This document shows positions 56,278 through 64,000 of a stretch of 64,000 nucleotides of DNA, piece by piece. The notes below the pieces were generated by a model that worked only from the letters and a program-made list of their open reading frames with translations, searched no databases and was not told the DNA's origin. The stretch lies in the sequence record NC_071007.1. One strand, given 5' to 3'. The translations under genes were made by a program, and so were the position numbers. Position 1 is the first letter of the stretch; every line of letters begins with the position of its first letter.

Positions 56278-56302
56278 TATGTTTTCCTTTTTCTAAATAA
56301 AA

Positions 56303-56767
56303 TTACATTTGCATTTCATTATTAACAAATTTGGCATATTGATGTTCTTGTATTTTAAACCCAGTAGTTGGATCAATTTTACAATTTTCAAATATCAACT
56401 TACCAGTATTAACACTTCCTAAGAAACCAACCTGACTATTTTTAAAATCAGTATAAGGTATCATAGAAACAAAATCTAATTTGCTATTTTGAATTTTTGT
56501 ATCATTAAGGTGACATGATCGAAGTTCCACATTTCCAACAAGAGCAAGTTCATGTCTTACCTTTATAACAGAATGTCCTTTTAAAATAAGATTCAATTTC
56601 TTTTTGTAGATGTCTGTCATCAAATCACACAAAACAGAATCCATTAACAAAGAACCATCTTTTTTATTTGCAGGACAAAATCTGATTGTTAATGCTCCTT
56701 TATTTTCTTTATCCAAGAAAATAATTTTATCTCCTTGAATTTCATATTCGTAGCGAAAACCTTCCAT
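56303..56767 (-). CDS. Hypothetical protein (possible beta-helix/pentapeptide-like C-terminus)
   Basis: 154 aa; LRSCHLNDTKIQNSKL...FKNSQV...FENCKI. Confidence 0.5.
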   Translation of the reverse strand: MEGFRYEYEIQGDKIIFLDKENKGALTIRFCPANKKDGSLLMDSVLCDLMTDIYKKKLNLILKGHSVIKVRHELALVGNVELRSCHLNDTKIQNSKLDFVSMIPYTDFKNSQVGFLGSVNTGKLIFENCKIDPTTGFKIQEHQYAKFVNNEMQM

Positions 56768-56787
56768 GGAAAGACTCCTTAGATAAG

Positions 56788-57273
56788 TTATTGAATATTA
56801 AAAATTTCACACTCTAATTCAGAAAGAATTTCCCCTGAGTTAAACAAGTATCGAATACCTTTTATGCATTTTTGAATGTCATCTAGGGTATTTGGAGCTT
56901 CGGTTAAAACATGAACAGATTGTTTTATATTGTATTCATTTAAAACATAAGAAACAAAATGTTCATCATTAGAAAATCTTTTCATAATTTCATGATCAAA
57001 CAAATAACCACAAAGCTCTATTTTCAAAAGTTCTGTTTTATAAAAATTTTTCAGTCCATGTAGATAGTCTACAGAATAATTAACCACTTGCTTTTTAGTT
57101 CCATCGGAAGAAACAAAAGAGCAAATGTATCCATCTACATTAGAAACAAGTTCAACGCAAACATTTTCATTAACATCAATGTTAACTTTTCCAGATTGAT
57201 GGTTAAAGAATTTATTAAGCTCACCAGCAAATTTTGATAAAGCGGTGATAATTTCTTTTGACGTTGTTTTCAT
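56788..57273 (-). CDS. Hypothetical protein
   Basis: 161 aa; SD aagga. Confidence 0.55.
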   Translation of the reverse strand: MKTTSKEIITALSKFAGELNKFFNHQSGKVNIDVNENVCVELVSNVDGYICSFVSSDGTKKQVVNYSVDYLHGLKNFYKTELLKIELCGYLFDHEIMKRFSNDEHFVSYVLNEYNIKQSVHVLTEAPNTLDDIQKCIKGIRYLFNSGEILSELECEIFNIQ

Positions 57274-57320
57274 AATGTTTTCCTTTTAGGTTCATCTTAT
57301 AATGGTTAACGTAAAATTAA

Positions 57321-57352
57321 AAGAGCAACTGAGGAATTCCTCAGTTGCTCTT
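57321..57352 (-). terminator. 32-bp perfect palindrome / terminator
   Basis: aagagcaactgaggaa|ttcctcagttgctctt. Confidence 0.75.
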
Positions 57353-57359
57353 AATTATA

Positions 57360-57755
57360 TTATTGATTTATATGTTTAAGACTATTGATAATAAGTGGTG
57401 AAATGGTTCTTTCCAACTTACTATCTGAAACTCCGTCCATTACATCACCTACCGTAAATGTCATTGTACCAACTAAATTACCTTTAAATTTAATTTTAAA
57501 GATTGCTAGAACATAATTTTTATTTCCAACAAAAGGAGGAACGTTAAAGTTAGGTATTTGATGCGGACCGAGCTTTTTAAAACTTGGGGTTGCCGAAAAA
57601 CAAGCAGATGGATGATCGCGATGATATCTACCATTTTTTCGGTTATACAGTTCAAACTTGTTTGTTTTAACTTGTTCTAAAAGAATATTAAACAAGTCAT
57701 TAAAACAACGATTCAATCCTGCTTCCAATCCACAAGTTTCTTTTGCAATAGTCAT
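57360..57755 (-). CDS. Hypothetical protein
   Basis: 131-aa ORF. Confidence 0.55.
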   Translation of the reverse strand: MTIAKETCGLEAGLNRCFNDLFNILLEQVKTNKFELYNRKNGRYHRDHPSACFSATPSFKKLGPHQIPNFNVPPFVGNKNYVLAIFKIKFKGNLVGTMTFTVGDVMDGVSDSKLERTISPLIINSLKHINQ

Positions 57756-57791
57756 TTTTGTTTATCCCGATTATAAACGTATTAGTCGCAG

Positions 57792-58532
57792 TTAACGCTT
57801 ATATAGCACCACTGCGGATGTTTTCACGTCTTGATAAAAGTGACCTGCTAAATGAAGCAGGGTCAAATCTTCTATCAGATAATCGAAGATAACTTTGACT
57901 TGGTGATGGAAATCATGAGTTAACCCAGTAGGAGTAAAGTAGAATTTACCTTCTTTATGGTACTCTGATGCATTTGCATATATGTTTGTCTTACCATCAT
58001 TTTCCATTCCGGGGATAACTAACCAACGTCGTTCATCTTGTATTGAAATTTTTCTAACTATTGCACCAGCCGGCGTAGTAATCTTGTACTCAAAGGCGTC
58101 TTCTCCTTTAGCCACAATATCAATGTAGGGATAAATTTCTTTCAATCTTTCCCAATTTTGTTCATAGAGTAAATTCTCAATAATCAAAGATAAATTTTGT
58201 GTTTTATTATGATTATGGTTAAACAAAATCTTTTTGGTAATTTTAATAATCAACTGATCTACTAAAGTTGTGACATTGAATTTTATATCTTTGTCACTTT
58301 TAGAGACCAGAAAAGTAATTGTGTTTTCGGCAATTCCAAGCACAATTGGAATAAAATCATCATTAGGTTGTTTTGTAAAAACAGATATTTCTATCCCGTA
58401 AATAGTGGTTGGAAAATAACACTTAGCTAAGTTTTGTGAATTTAATCTTTTATTAAAATATTCCAAAATCTCTGATCTAGCATCCAACAGTTGCTTAATG
58501 CTGACTTTGTAGTCAGTTCTTAAATCAAACAT
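57792..58532 (-). CDS. Hypothetical protein
   Basis: 246-aa ORF. Confidence 0.6.
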   Translation of the reverse strand: MFDLRTDYKVSIKQLLDARSEILEYFNKRLNSQNLAKCYFPTTIYGIEISVFTKQPNDDFIPIVLGIAENTITFLVSKSDKDIKFNVTTLVDQLIIKITKKILFNHNHNKTQNLSLIIENLLYEQNWERLKEIYPYIDIVAKGEDAFEYKITTPAGAIVRKISIQDERRWLVIPGMENDGKTNIYANASEYHKEGKFYFTPTGLTHDFHHQVKVIFDYLIEDLTLLHLAGHFYQDVKTSAVVLYKR

Positions 58533-58546
58533 GCTCTTTCCCTTTT

Positions 58547-59038
58547 TTAAAATTCGGCTGCTAAACGAGTAAGTGACTTAAATAATCCCTTTACTCGATC
58601 ATAGTCGCGATGAAAATTATCTCTTGCTTCTTGCGCTAGTTTATGAGCGGGCGAATTAGTTTCATTGATCAGTTCATGATAATAGTTTATATTATCAAAA
58701 ATCATTTTTCCAGTTCTTCCATGGATGTTAAACATTTCTTTAGCAAGTGCTTTAAAGATTTGCGTAACAAGTTGTTTATGACTATATGTCCTAAAATGTG
58801 GAAGAGAAAGAATAGTCACATCTTCTTGTGTCGGGGAATAATAACTGACTGTAAAACGAAGATCTGATTTATCATTATTAAATGGATTGATCCGAAATTC
58901 TAAAAGAAGATCAGGAATAATTGTTTCATAATGATAATCACCCAGCTCCCAGAGACTTTTCAATTGCAAAGGAGAAACTTTATTTTCTACAATTTGACGC
59001 AATGCTGAAATATTTTCAATAACTGACATAATAATCAT
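58547..59038 (-). CDS. Hypothetical protein
   Basis: 163-aa ORF downstream of a promoter motif. Confidence 0.6.
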   Translation of the reverse strand: MIIMSVIENISALRQIVENKVSPLQLKSLWELGDYHYETIIPDLLLEFRINPFNNDKSDLRFTVSYYSPTQEDVTILSLPHFRTYSHKQLVTQIFKALAKEMFNIHGRTGKMIFDNINYYHELINETNSPAHKLAQEARDNFHRDYDRVKGLFKSLTRLAAEF

Positions 59039-59075
59039 TCCCTTTCTAAATAAAGAATTTAATAGGTTGTTTAAC

Positions 59076-59090
59076 CACAGTGATAATATC
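59076..59090 (-). promoter_or_regulatory. Phage promoter motif
   Basis: Minus strand GATATTAT-cactg-TG. Confidence 0.6.
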
Positions 59091-59110
59091 TAATTGTTTT
59101 TATTTGGGAA

Positions 59111-59389
59111 TTAAATTAAATCTTCTCCCCTAGTAAGAAATCCTTTTGCTATGGTCACTTCTTTATTATTAATTAAATCGCTGACTTTGCTTTCCCAATA
59201 TCCATTTTCTTTTAAGTCATGTACAAATTTTAGCTTACTACCTAACCCAGTAAACTTATTTCCATGTATACTAATTAATCTATTTTTAGTATCATTGATT
59301 TGGTATGATCTAACAGATGTTTTTGTTAAGATACTATTATTTAAAGTTTGTGAAACGCCAAAATCAATGTCTTCTACTAACTGTATCAT
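59111..59389 (-). CDS. Hypothetical protein
   Basis: 92-aa ORF with SD aagg. Confidence 0.5.
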   Translation of the reverse strand: MIQLVEDIDFGVSQTLNNSILTKTSVRSYQINDTKNRLISIHGNKFTGLGSKLKFVHDLKENGYWESKVSDLINNKEVTIAKGFLTRGEDLI

Positions 59390-59452
59390 CCCGTTGTGAC
59401 CTTTTCTAAATAAGAGAATTTATTTTAATAAAAATTAAAATAAGAAGATTAT

Positions 59453-59482
59453 AACTCCTAGTTCCAATTGGAACTAGGAGTT
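59453..59482 (-). terminator. 30-bp perfect palindrome / terminator
   Basis: aactcctagttccaa|ttggaactaggagtt. Confidence 0.75.
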
Positions 59483-59490
59483 TAAACTAA

Positions 59491-60624
59491 CTATCGTTTC
59501 ATTAACCAATAATGAACAAGTACACCCACACATTCTTTCTTACTTAAACAGTAAACATTTTCAAATTTGACAAACGTTTCACTTTGTTTAGTAAGATAAA
59601 GATAAAGCACTCGTCTGATATCCAACTTGGATTTCTTATGACAAATTTTTATCAATTCACCTCGAAATTCCCAAATGGTCACTTCTGGATTTTCATACAA
59701 CGCAATAACATCTTCTTCTCTTTTTATTTCTTTGATTGGAAGATTAATAACAACATCTAGCTCTTGATAAAAACGTACTTTGGCTTCATCATAGAGTTGT
59801 TCCAATAATGGAACTTCGGTGTCTCGCGTTTCAATAAACCCATAATTCTTAAGAGCTAAAATCAAAACATCGTCAGTTATAAAATCATCAATATATTTTT
59901 TATCACTCCAACTTTGAATAATTTCTGTTTTATCTTTTAATCCATAATCAGTATATGTGATCATATTGATCAACAGATCTGTTGTTTTTGAGATAACAGT
60001 GTTTCTAAAAGTAGGAGAATACAGATAGACAATTTTCTTCCAAACCTGTTGTAAATTATCCTCCATTTCTCCTATGGTATTTATTACAACATTGTCACCA
60101 ATATAACTATCAATAAGTTCACTAAGTCCAAATTGATATTTTTCCATGTAATATTCAAAATCGGGAACCGTTGCTTTATTCCACTTTACCAGCTCGGTGA
60201 TAATGTCATTTTCATTCAATCCGATATTTTTTCTTATTTTTACTTTCCATGGAACTATACCGTAAATATAATCATTAAAACCCATTAGAATTAATTTGCT
60301 GTATAGCTGATTGTAAATTTCATCTACGAAAGCTAGATCAGTTATTTTAGATTCAATTTCTGATATAACATCGTAAAGAACAGAAGTATCATTAGATTTT
60401 TTAATATGTTCAATTGCATTATCACAAGCGGTCGCAACACTGACTTTGTCTTGATCGGGAATTTCTAAACTTTGTACATTACTTAATTGTTGTTTAAGAA
60501 AATCAAATATTGATTTACCGTTGTTCTCGAGGATGGTGTCATCATACTGCTTCCTTGGGTGTAATTTAATATTACAAACAAGTGTCGCTATTAATTTATC
60601 TAAAGAAGAGATATTGATTTGCAT
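59491..60624 (-). CDS. Hypothetical protein
   Basis: 377 aa; N-terminus similar to 54313..56277. Confidence 0.6.
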   Translation of the reverse strand: MQINISSLDKLIATLVCNIKLHPRKQYDDTILENNGKSIFDFLKQQLSNVQSLEIPDQDKVSVATACDNAIEHIKKSNDTSVLYDVISEIESKITDLAFVDEIYNQLYSKLILMGFNDYIYGIVPWKVKIRKNIGLNENDIITELVKWNKATVPDFEYYMEKYQFGLSELIDSYIGDNVVINTIGEMEDNLQQVWKKIVYLYSPTFRNTVISKTTDLLINMITYTDYGLKDKTEIIQSWSDKKYIDDFITDDVLILALKNYGFIETRDTEVPLLEQLYDEAKVRFYQELDVVINLPIKEIKREEDVIALYENPEVTIWEFRGELIKICHKKSKLDIRRVLYLYLTKQSETFVKFENVYCLSKKECVGVLVHYWLMKR

Positions 60625-60637
60625 ATTTATTTTTTCC

Positions 60638-61282
60638 CTAGATGCTGTTATGTACTAACATTGCATTTGCTAAATACTGACTACCCATTTTCTTTCCCTC
60701 TTCCGAGAAATATTGAGTAGTCTGGATAAAGTGTTTATTACGCTCAACAAATTTTCTAAGCGTATAAATACCTATTTTAGGTCCCCATGCTAAAAAGAGA
60801 CGATTAATACTTCTTTCATTACAGAAAACTAAACTGTAAAGAATATCAGCGTCACGCAGAATTGCCTCTAAACGGTTTTCAGGAGACGATTGATATGGAT
60901 AAAGAGTGGACTTGATAAGTTCAATAACCTTTTCTTTAAACTTGTTTGGAGCGTAATAATCAAGCTCAAATACATTAATTGCTGTAACAATATTACCAAC
61001 GTCGTTTTTGGGATTATGGTAATCAATATCGTGATGAATGGCGGCTACAACAACAGCTTCCAAATCAGGATCTTCACCCAGCAATTTTTCTACTATCATT
61101 GCTACCCCAACTAAATGAGATATGGAATGATAAGGACAATTCCACTGGCGTTTACTTTTCAATAAAGAAAGTTGTTTATCCCATTTTAAAAGAAATTGTT
61201 CAACATTAAATTCTTCTAAACCAAACAAGATATCTTCTTCTTTGAGTTTATTTAGGATAACATTATCTTTAATATCCATCAT
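60638..61282 (-). CDS. HD-domain metal-dependent phosphohydrolase
   Basis: YHSISH...AAIHHDIDY...ILRDADILY; likely start ATG 61282 (SD ggag). Confidence 0.75.
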   Translation of the reverse strand: MMDIKDNVILNKLKEEDILFGLEEFNVEQFLLKWDKQLSLLKSKRQWNCPYHSISHLVGVAMIVEKLLGEDPDLEAVVVAAIHHDIDYHNPKNDVGNIVTAINVFELDYYAPNKFKEKVIELIKSTLYPYQSSPENRLEAILRDADILYSLVFCNERSINRLFLAWGPKIGIYTLRKFVERNKHFIQTTQYFSEEGKKMGSQYLANAMLVHNSI

Positions 61283-61925
61283 TAAATTTCTCCAGTTCTG
61301 CTTCAAGTTTGATCTCTGCCAACATTTTCTTTTTACGAAGTAGTTCAAAAATAACCATACTTGTATTACTATAATAATCACCGCGATGAAGAGTGGGATT
61401 AATAAACTCTTCCCAGAGCTGGTCATAATCCAATTCTCCCAATCCAAGCAGATCAATCATATTTCTAAAATTGGTCTGGAGTGGTGCCAAATACGACATT
61501 GTTGGTTCATGATTAAAATTATCTTTTTCAAAATAATAAAGAACGGCTTTAGCCAATTCCTTTTCATTAAGTTCTGTATGAATTGTTTTATATTCTAATG
61601 GAAGTTTTTCTATAATGTACGAAAGGAATTCTTTTCTTTGTACAATCATTTCAACATAAATTTGTACTTCTTTTTCATCAACAAGACTAGACTTATATTT
61701 TTCTAACAAATCAGTTAGCATCAAAGGAATAACGTTGATATATTCAAAAATATAATTTTTGTCTGGATCAAATATGTAAGATAGATTCTTATAATCTTGT
61801 TCTTTATTTGTTTCTGGAATTTCGATGTCTTTACGTTTAAATGTAAAACGCATAAAGTAAATGAGTTCTTTTAAAATAAGAACAAAATCTTTTTGTTTAA
61901 ATAACACAATTTGATTATTTTTCAT
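61269..61925 (-). CDS. Hypothetical protein
   Basis: 218-aa ORF with SD aagga. Confidence 0.55.
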   Translation of the reverse strand: MKNNQIVLFKQKDFVLILKELIYFMRFTFKRKDIEIPETNKEQDYKNLSYIFDPDKNYIFEYINVIPLMLTDLLEKYKSSLVDEKEVQIYVEMIVQRKEFLSYIIEKLPLEYKTIHTELNEKELAKAVLYYFEKDNFNHEPTMSYLAPLQTNFRNMIDLLGLGELDYDQLWEEFINPTLHRGDYYSNTSMVIFELLRKKKMLAEIKLEAELEKFNDGY

Positions 61926-61956
61926 AATACCGTTCCTTAAAAAATAAATAATAAAA

Positions 61957-61987
61957 AGGTATCTGATGGAAATTCCATCAGATACCT
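61957..61987 (-). terminator. Hairpin terminator
   Basis: aggtatctgatggaa-a-ttccatcagatacct. Confidence 0.75.
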
Positions 61988-62043
61988 CACCGTGTTAATT
62001 TATATTAATTGTTTCAACTTGGATGGTGTCCATGTATTATTCC

Positions 62044-62724
62044 TTATTGAAAAACAAATCTGGTAATGTTTTTTGCCAGATAAGTGGAAAGACTTTTGTA
62101 ATCATTACCAAATGTTACATCCATGGTAACAGACTCTTTTCGTTTTGCGTGTATTTGTTCAAATACACTAAATAAAACTAAAGGTAGCATTCCAGTTTGA
62201 CTAACACCTTTTACTCTAACCCCTCCCCAAACCTTCCACAATGCTTCATAATCATTAATAATATAAAACTTGTGTATTGAGTCATTTATATCAAAAGAAA
62301 TTTTCTTAGGTCGTTTCAGGAGTTTATCCAATAAGTTTCTATTCTCAACCTTTAACGTATTTTGAATCTTTGTTCTAATAAATTCAAAATAACTGTTTTC
62401 TAAATGCTCCTTATAAATACTCACGCCCAAGTAGTTCATAATTTTGTTAATCTGTTCTTGTTTAAACAAATTACCTAATGCAGATAACCTAACCACCTGT
62501 TCTGATTTATTAATCAAATCGATCACTTTAAGCGAATAGATGTGATTTTTATTTCTTTGTAAAATAAAGGAGGTGTTTAATACTTCCCCTATCTTAACTA
62601 CTAAACAACCTTTCTTATTTCCAATAACTTCTAATAAACGTTTTCTGGTATATTCACTTTCCATATACAAGGGAAAGAAAAACAAATATACAGCCAATTC
62701 CCGATAATAATTAAAATGATTCAT
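62044..62724 (-). CDS. Hypothetical protein
   Basis: 226-aa ORF with SD aagga. Confidence 0.55.
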   Translation of the reverse strand: MNHFNYYRELAVYLFFFPLYMESEYTRKRLLEVIGNKKGCLVVKIGEVLNTSFILQRNKNHIYSLKVIDLINKSEQVVRLSALGNLFKQEQINKIMNYLGVSIYKEHLENSYFEFIRTKIQNTLKVENRNLLDKLLKRPKKISFDINDSIHKFYIINDYEALWKVWGGVRVKGVSQTGMLPLVLFSVFEQIHAKRKESVTMDVTFGNDYKSLSTYLAKNITRFVFQ

Positions 62725-62744
62725 AATCTAATTATTCCTTTTAA

Positions 62745-63239
62745 TTAAAAACCTACTTCTAAGGTTTCACCAATTTCAGAAGTAGTATAAACTTTCCAAA
62801 GTACAGTGCTGAGTTTATCTAATTGTTCTTTTTCACATCTCATCAAAATTGTGTCAAGACTATGCCATTCAAATTCTCTTTCTACTTCTTTTCTGATTTC
62901 TTCACAATCAAAAATCAAATCAAAGTTATTTTCAAAGATCAATGTCGCAATTTCTTTAATCAATAACTTTTTGTAGATATCACATCTCACTGCAAATGGA
63001 GCGTTAATAATATCTTCATTGATTTCTTCTTCGATTACCTTCTGAGCTTTCATAACGTCCATATTGGTAATTTTAATAATAGCAGTTCCATTTTCTCTAA
63101 TTAAATTAATTCCTCTTCCAACAATTTCTTTGTTATCAAATACAATCAAAGCTCTGTCCGTCTTCTTGTCCAGAAAACGCAACACACTGAACATACAAGT
63201 GTCAATGGCTTGTTTAACTTCTTTCAATGTTATTTTCAT
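62745..63239 (-). CDS. Hypothetical protein
   Basis: 164-aa ORF with SD aagga. Confidence 0.55.
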   Translation of the reverse strand: MKITLKEVKQAIDTCMFSVLRFLDKKTDRALIVFDNKEIVGRGINLIRENGTAIIKITNMDVMKAQKVIEEEINEDIINAPFAVRCDIYKKLLIKEIATLIFENNFDLIFDCEEIRKEVEREFEWHSLDTILMRCEKEQLDKLSTVLWKVYTTSEIGETLEVGF

Positions 63240-63276
63240 ATTCTTATTCCTTTTCTAAATTGTAAGAATTGATAAT

Positions 63277-63987
63277 TTATAAAACTTGTGTTTTAACCAA
63301 TTGTTTTATTTGAGTTGCAATTGTCCGACTAATGACTTGTTTATAGTGATTTTTATTTATTTTAGAATAACGACATTTATCAATTCGTACTGATATTGAT
63401 CTTGCATTGTAAATATTTTTAAGCCAGGTTTCTACAATAGAACCAGTAACCCAACTACTTAAAATAGAACCAATACCCAGATTAATATTAATTACTGTTT
63501 CTTTAGAACCATTGAATTTCTTTTCATACAAATCCAATTGGAAATATTTCATAATAGGACTTTCAAATTTAGTTACTGTCGGTTTAATTTTACCATACCA
63601 CGTTTTATTAACATTAATGTCGTTTTCCAACAACTCCCAAAATACAGTCTTTTCAAGTTTTTCTTCCCAGTTATCAGGAATGAATGCCTTTATGGGTTCA
63701 TACATTTGCATATAAAAAGCTTCATCAAATTCAGCACAAACCTTCCGATTGATTTCTTCAACCGGAGTATCATTAATATTTGCAAGTGTAAAATATCGTT
63801 GTTCTTGCTCATTCCATTCTAAGCTGAATATAATATCTCGACAACTGATAATATCAATTTCTTTCTTTTTCCTTTCCATTTCATCATTAACTGAATTTAC
63901 AATTTGTTCCATTACTTCCATAGTTGCACAGAACGCTACCCAGTTCATCAATGAAGATACAGATTTTTCAATCACTAATGGAAACAT
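63277..63987 (-). CDS. Hypothetical protein
   Basis: 236-aa ORF with SD aagga. Confidence 0.55.
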   Translation of the reverse strand: MFPLVIEKSVSSLMNWVAFCATMEVMEQIVNSVNDEMERKKKEIDIISCRDIIFSLEWNEQEQRYFTLANINDTPVEEINRKVCAEFDEAFYMQMYEPIKAFIPDNWEEKLEKTVFWELLENDINVNKTWYGKIKPTVTKFESPIMKYFQLDLYEKKFNGSKETVININLGIGSILSSWVTGSIVETWLKNIYNARSISVRIDKCRYSKINKNHYKQVISRTIATQIKQLVKTQVL

Positions 63988-64000
63988 AATTTTATCCTTT

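Noticed and set aside
1-64000. tRNA genes, rRNA, CRISPR arrays, IS elements
   Set aside because: None seen: intergenic gaps are short and explained by promoters and hairpins, hairpin arms are not repeated at regular spacing, and no transposase motifs were found. A tRNAscan run would confirm.

Overview
This window is from an AT-rich, nucleus-forming jumbo phage of the phiKZ/SPN3US/Goslar type (Chimalliviridae). Reading right to left (most genes are on the minus strand), it contains an accessory cluster of hypothetical genes including an HD-domain hydrolase (53.4-64 kb), PhuZ tubulin, the C-terminal half of the split family-B DNA polymerase, chimallin (ChmA), and the non-virion RNAP beta'-N subunit, whose catalytic DFDGD motif is split by a 591-nt group I intron. 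An accessory insert follows with Tad1-like and Acb1-like anti-defence genes. Next come SbcD, probable ChmC, the sigma-like nvRNAP subunit, probable PicA, the nvRNAP beta-C and beta'-C subunits and an SF2 helicase. A free-standing HNH endonuclease has apparently displaced the helicase 3' end, leaving two synonymously divergent copies of it. The left part holds a virion RNAP beta' subunit, the exonuclease half of the DNA polymerase, and head and baseplate genes. Eight copies of a (G/T)ATAT/CAY-N5-TG promoter-like motif and 21 long intergenic hairpins, many with a CCA-W-TGG-type core, were found. No tRNA, rRNA or CRISPR array was seen. Family assignments come from motifs, remembered reference sequences and synteny; no database search was run.
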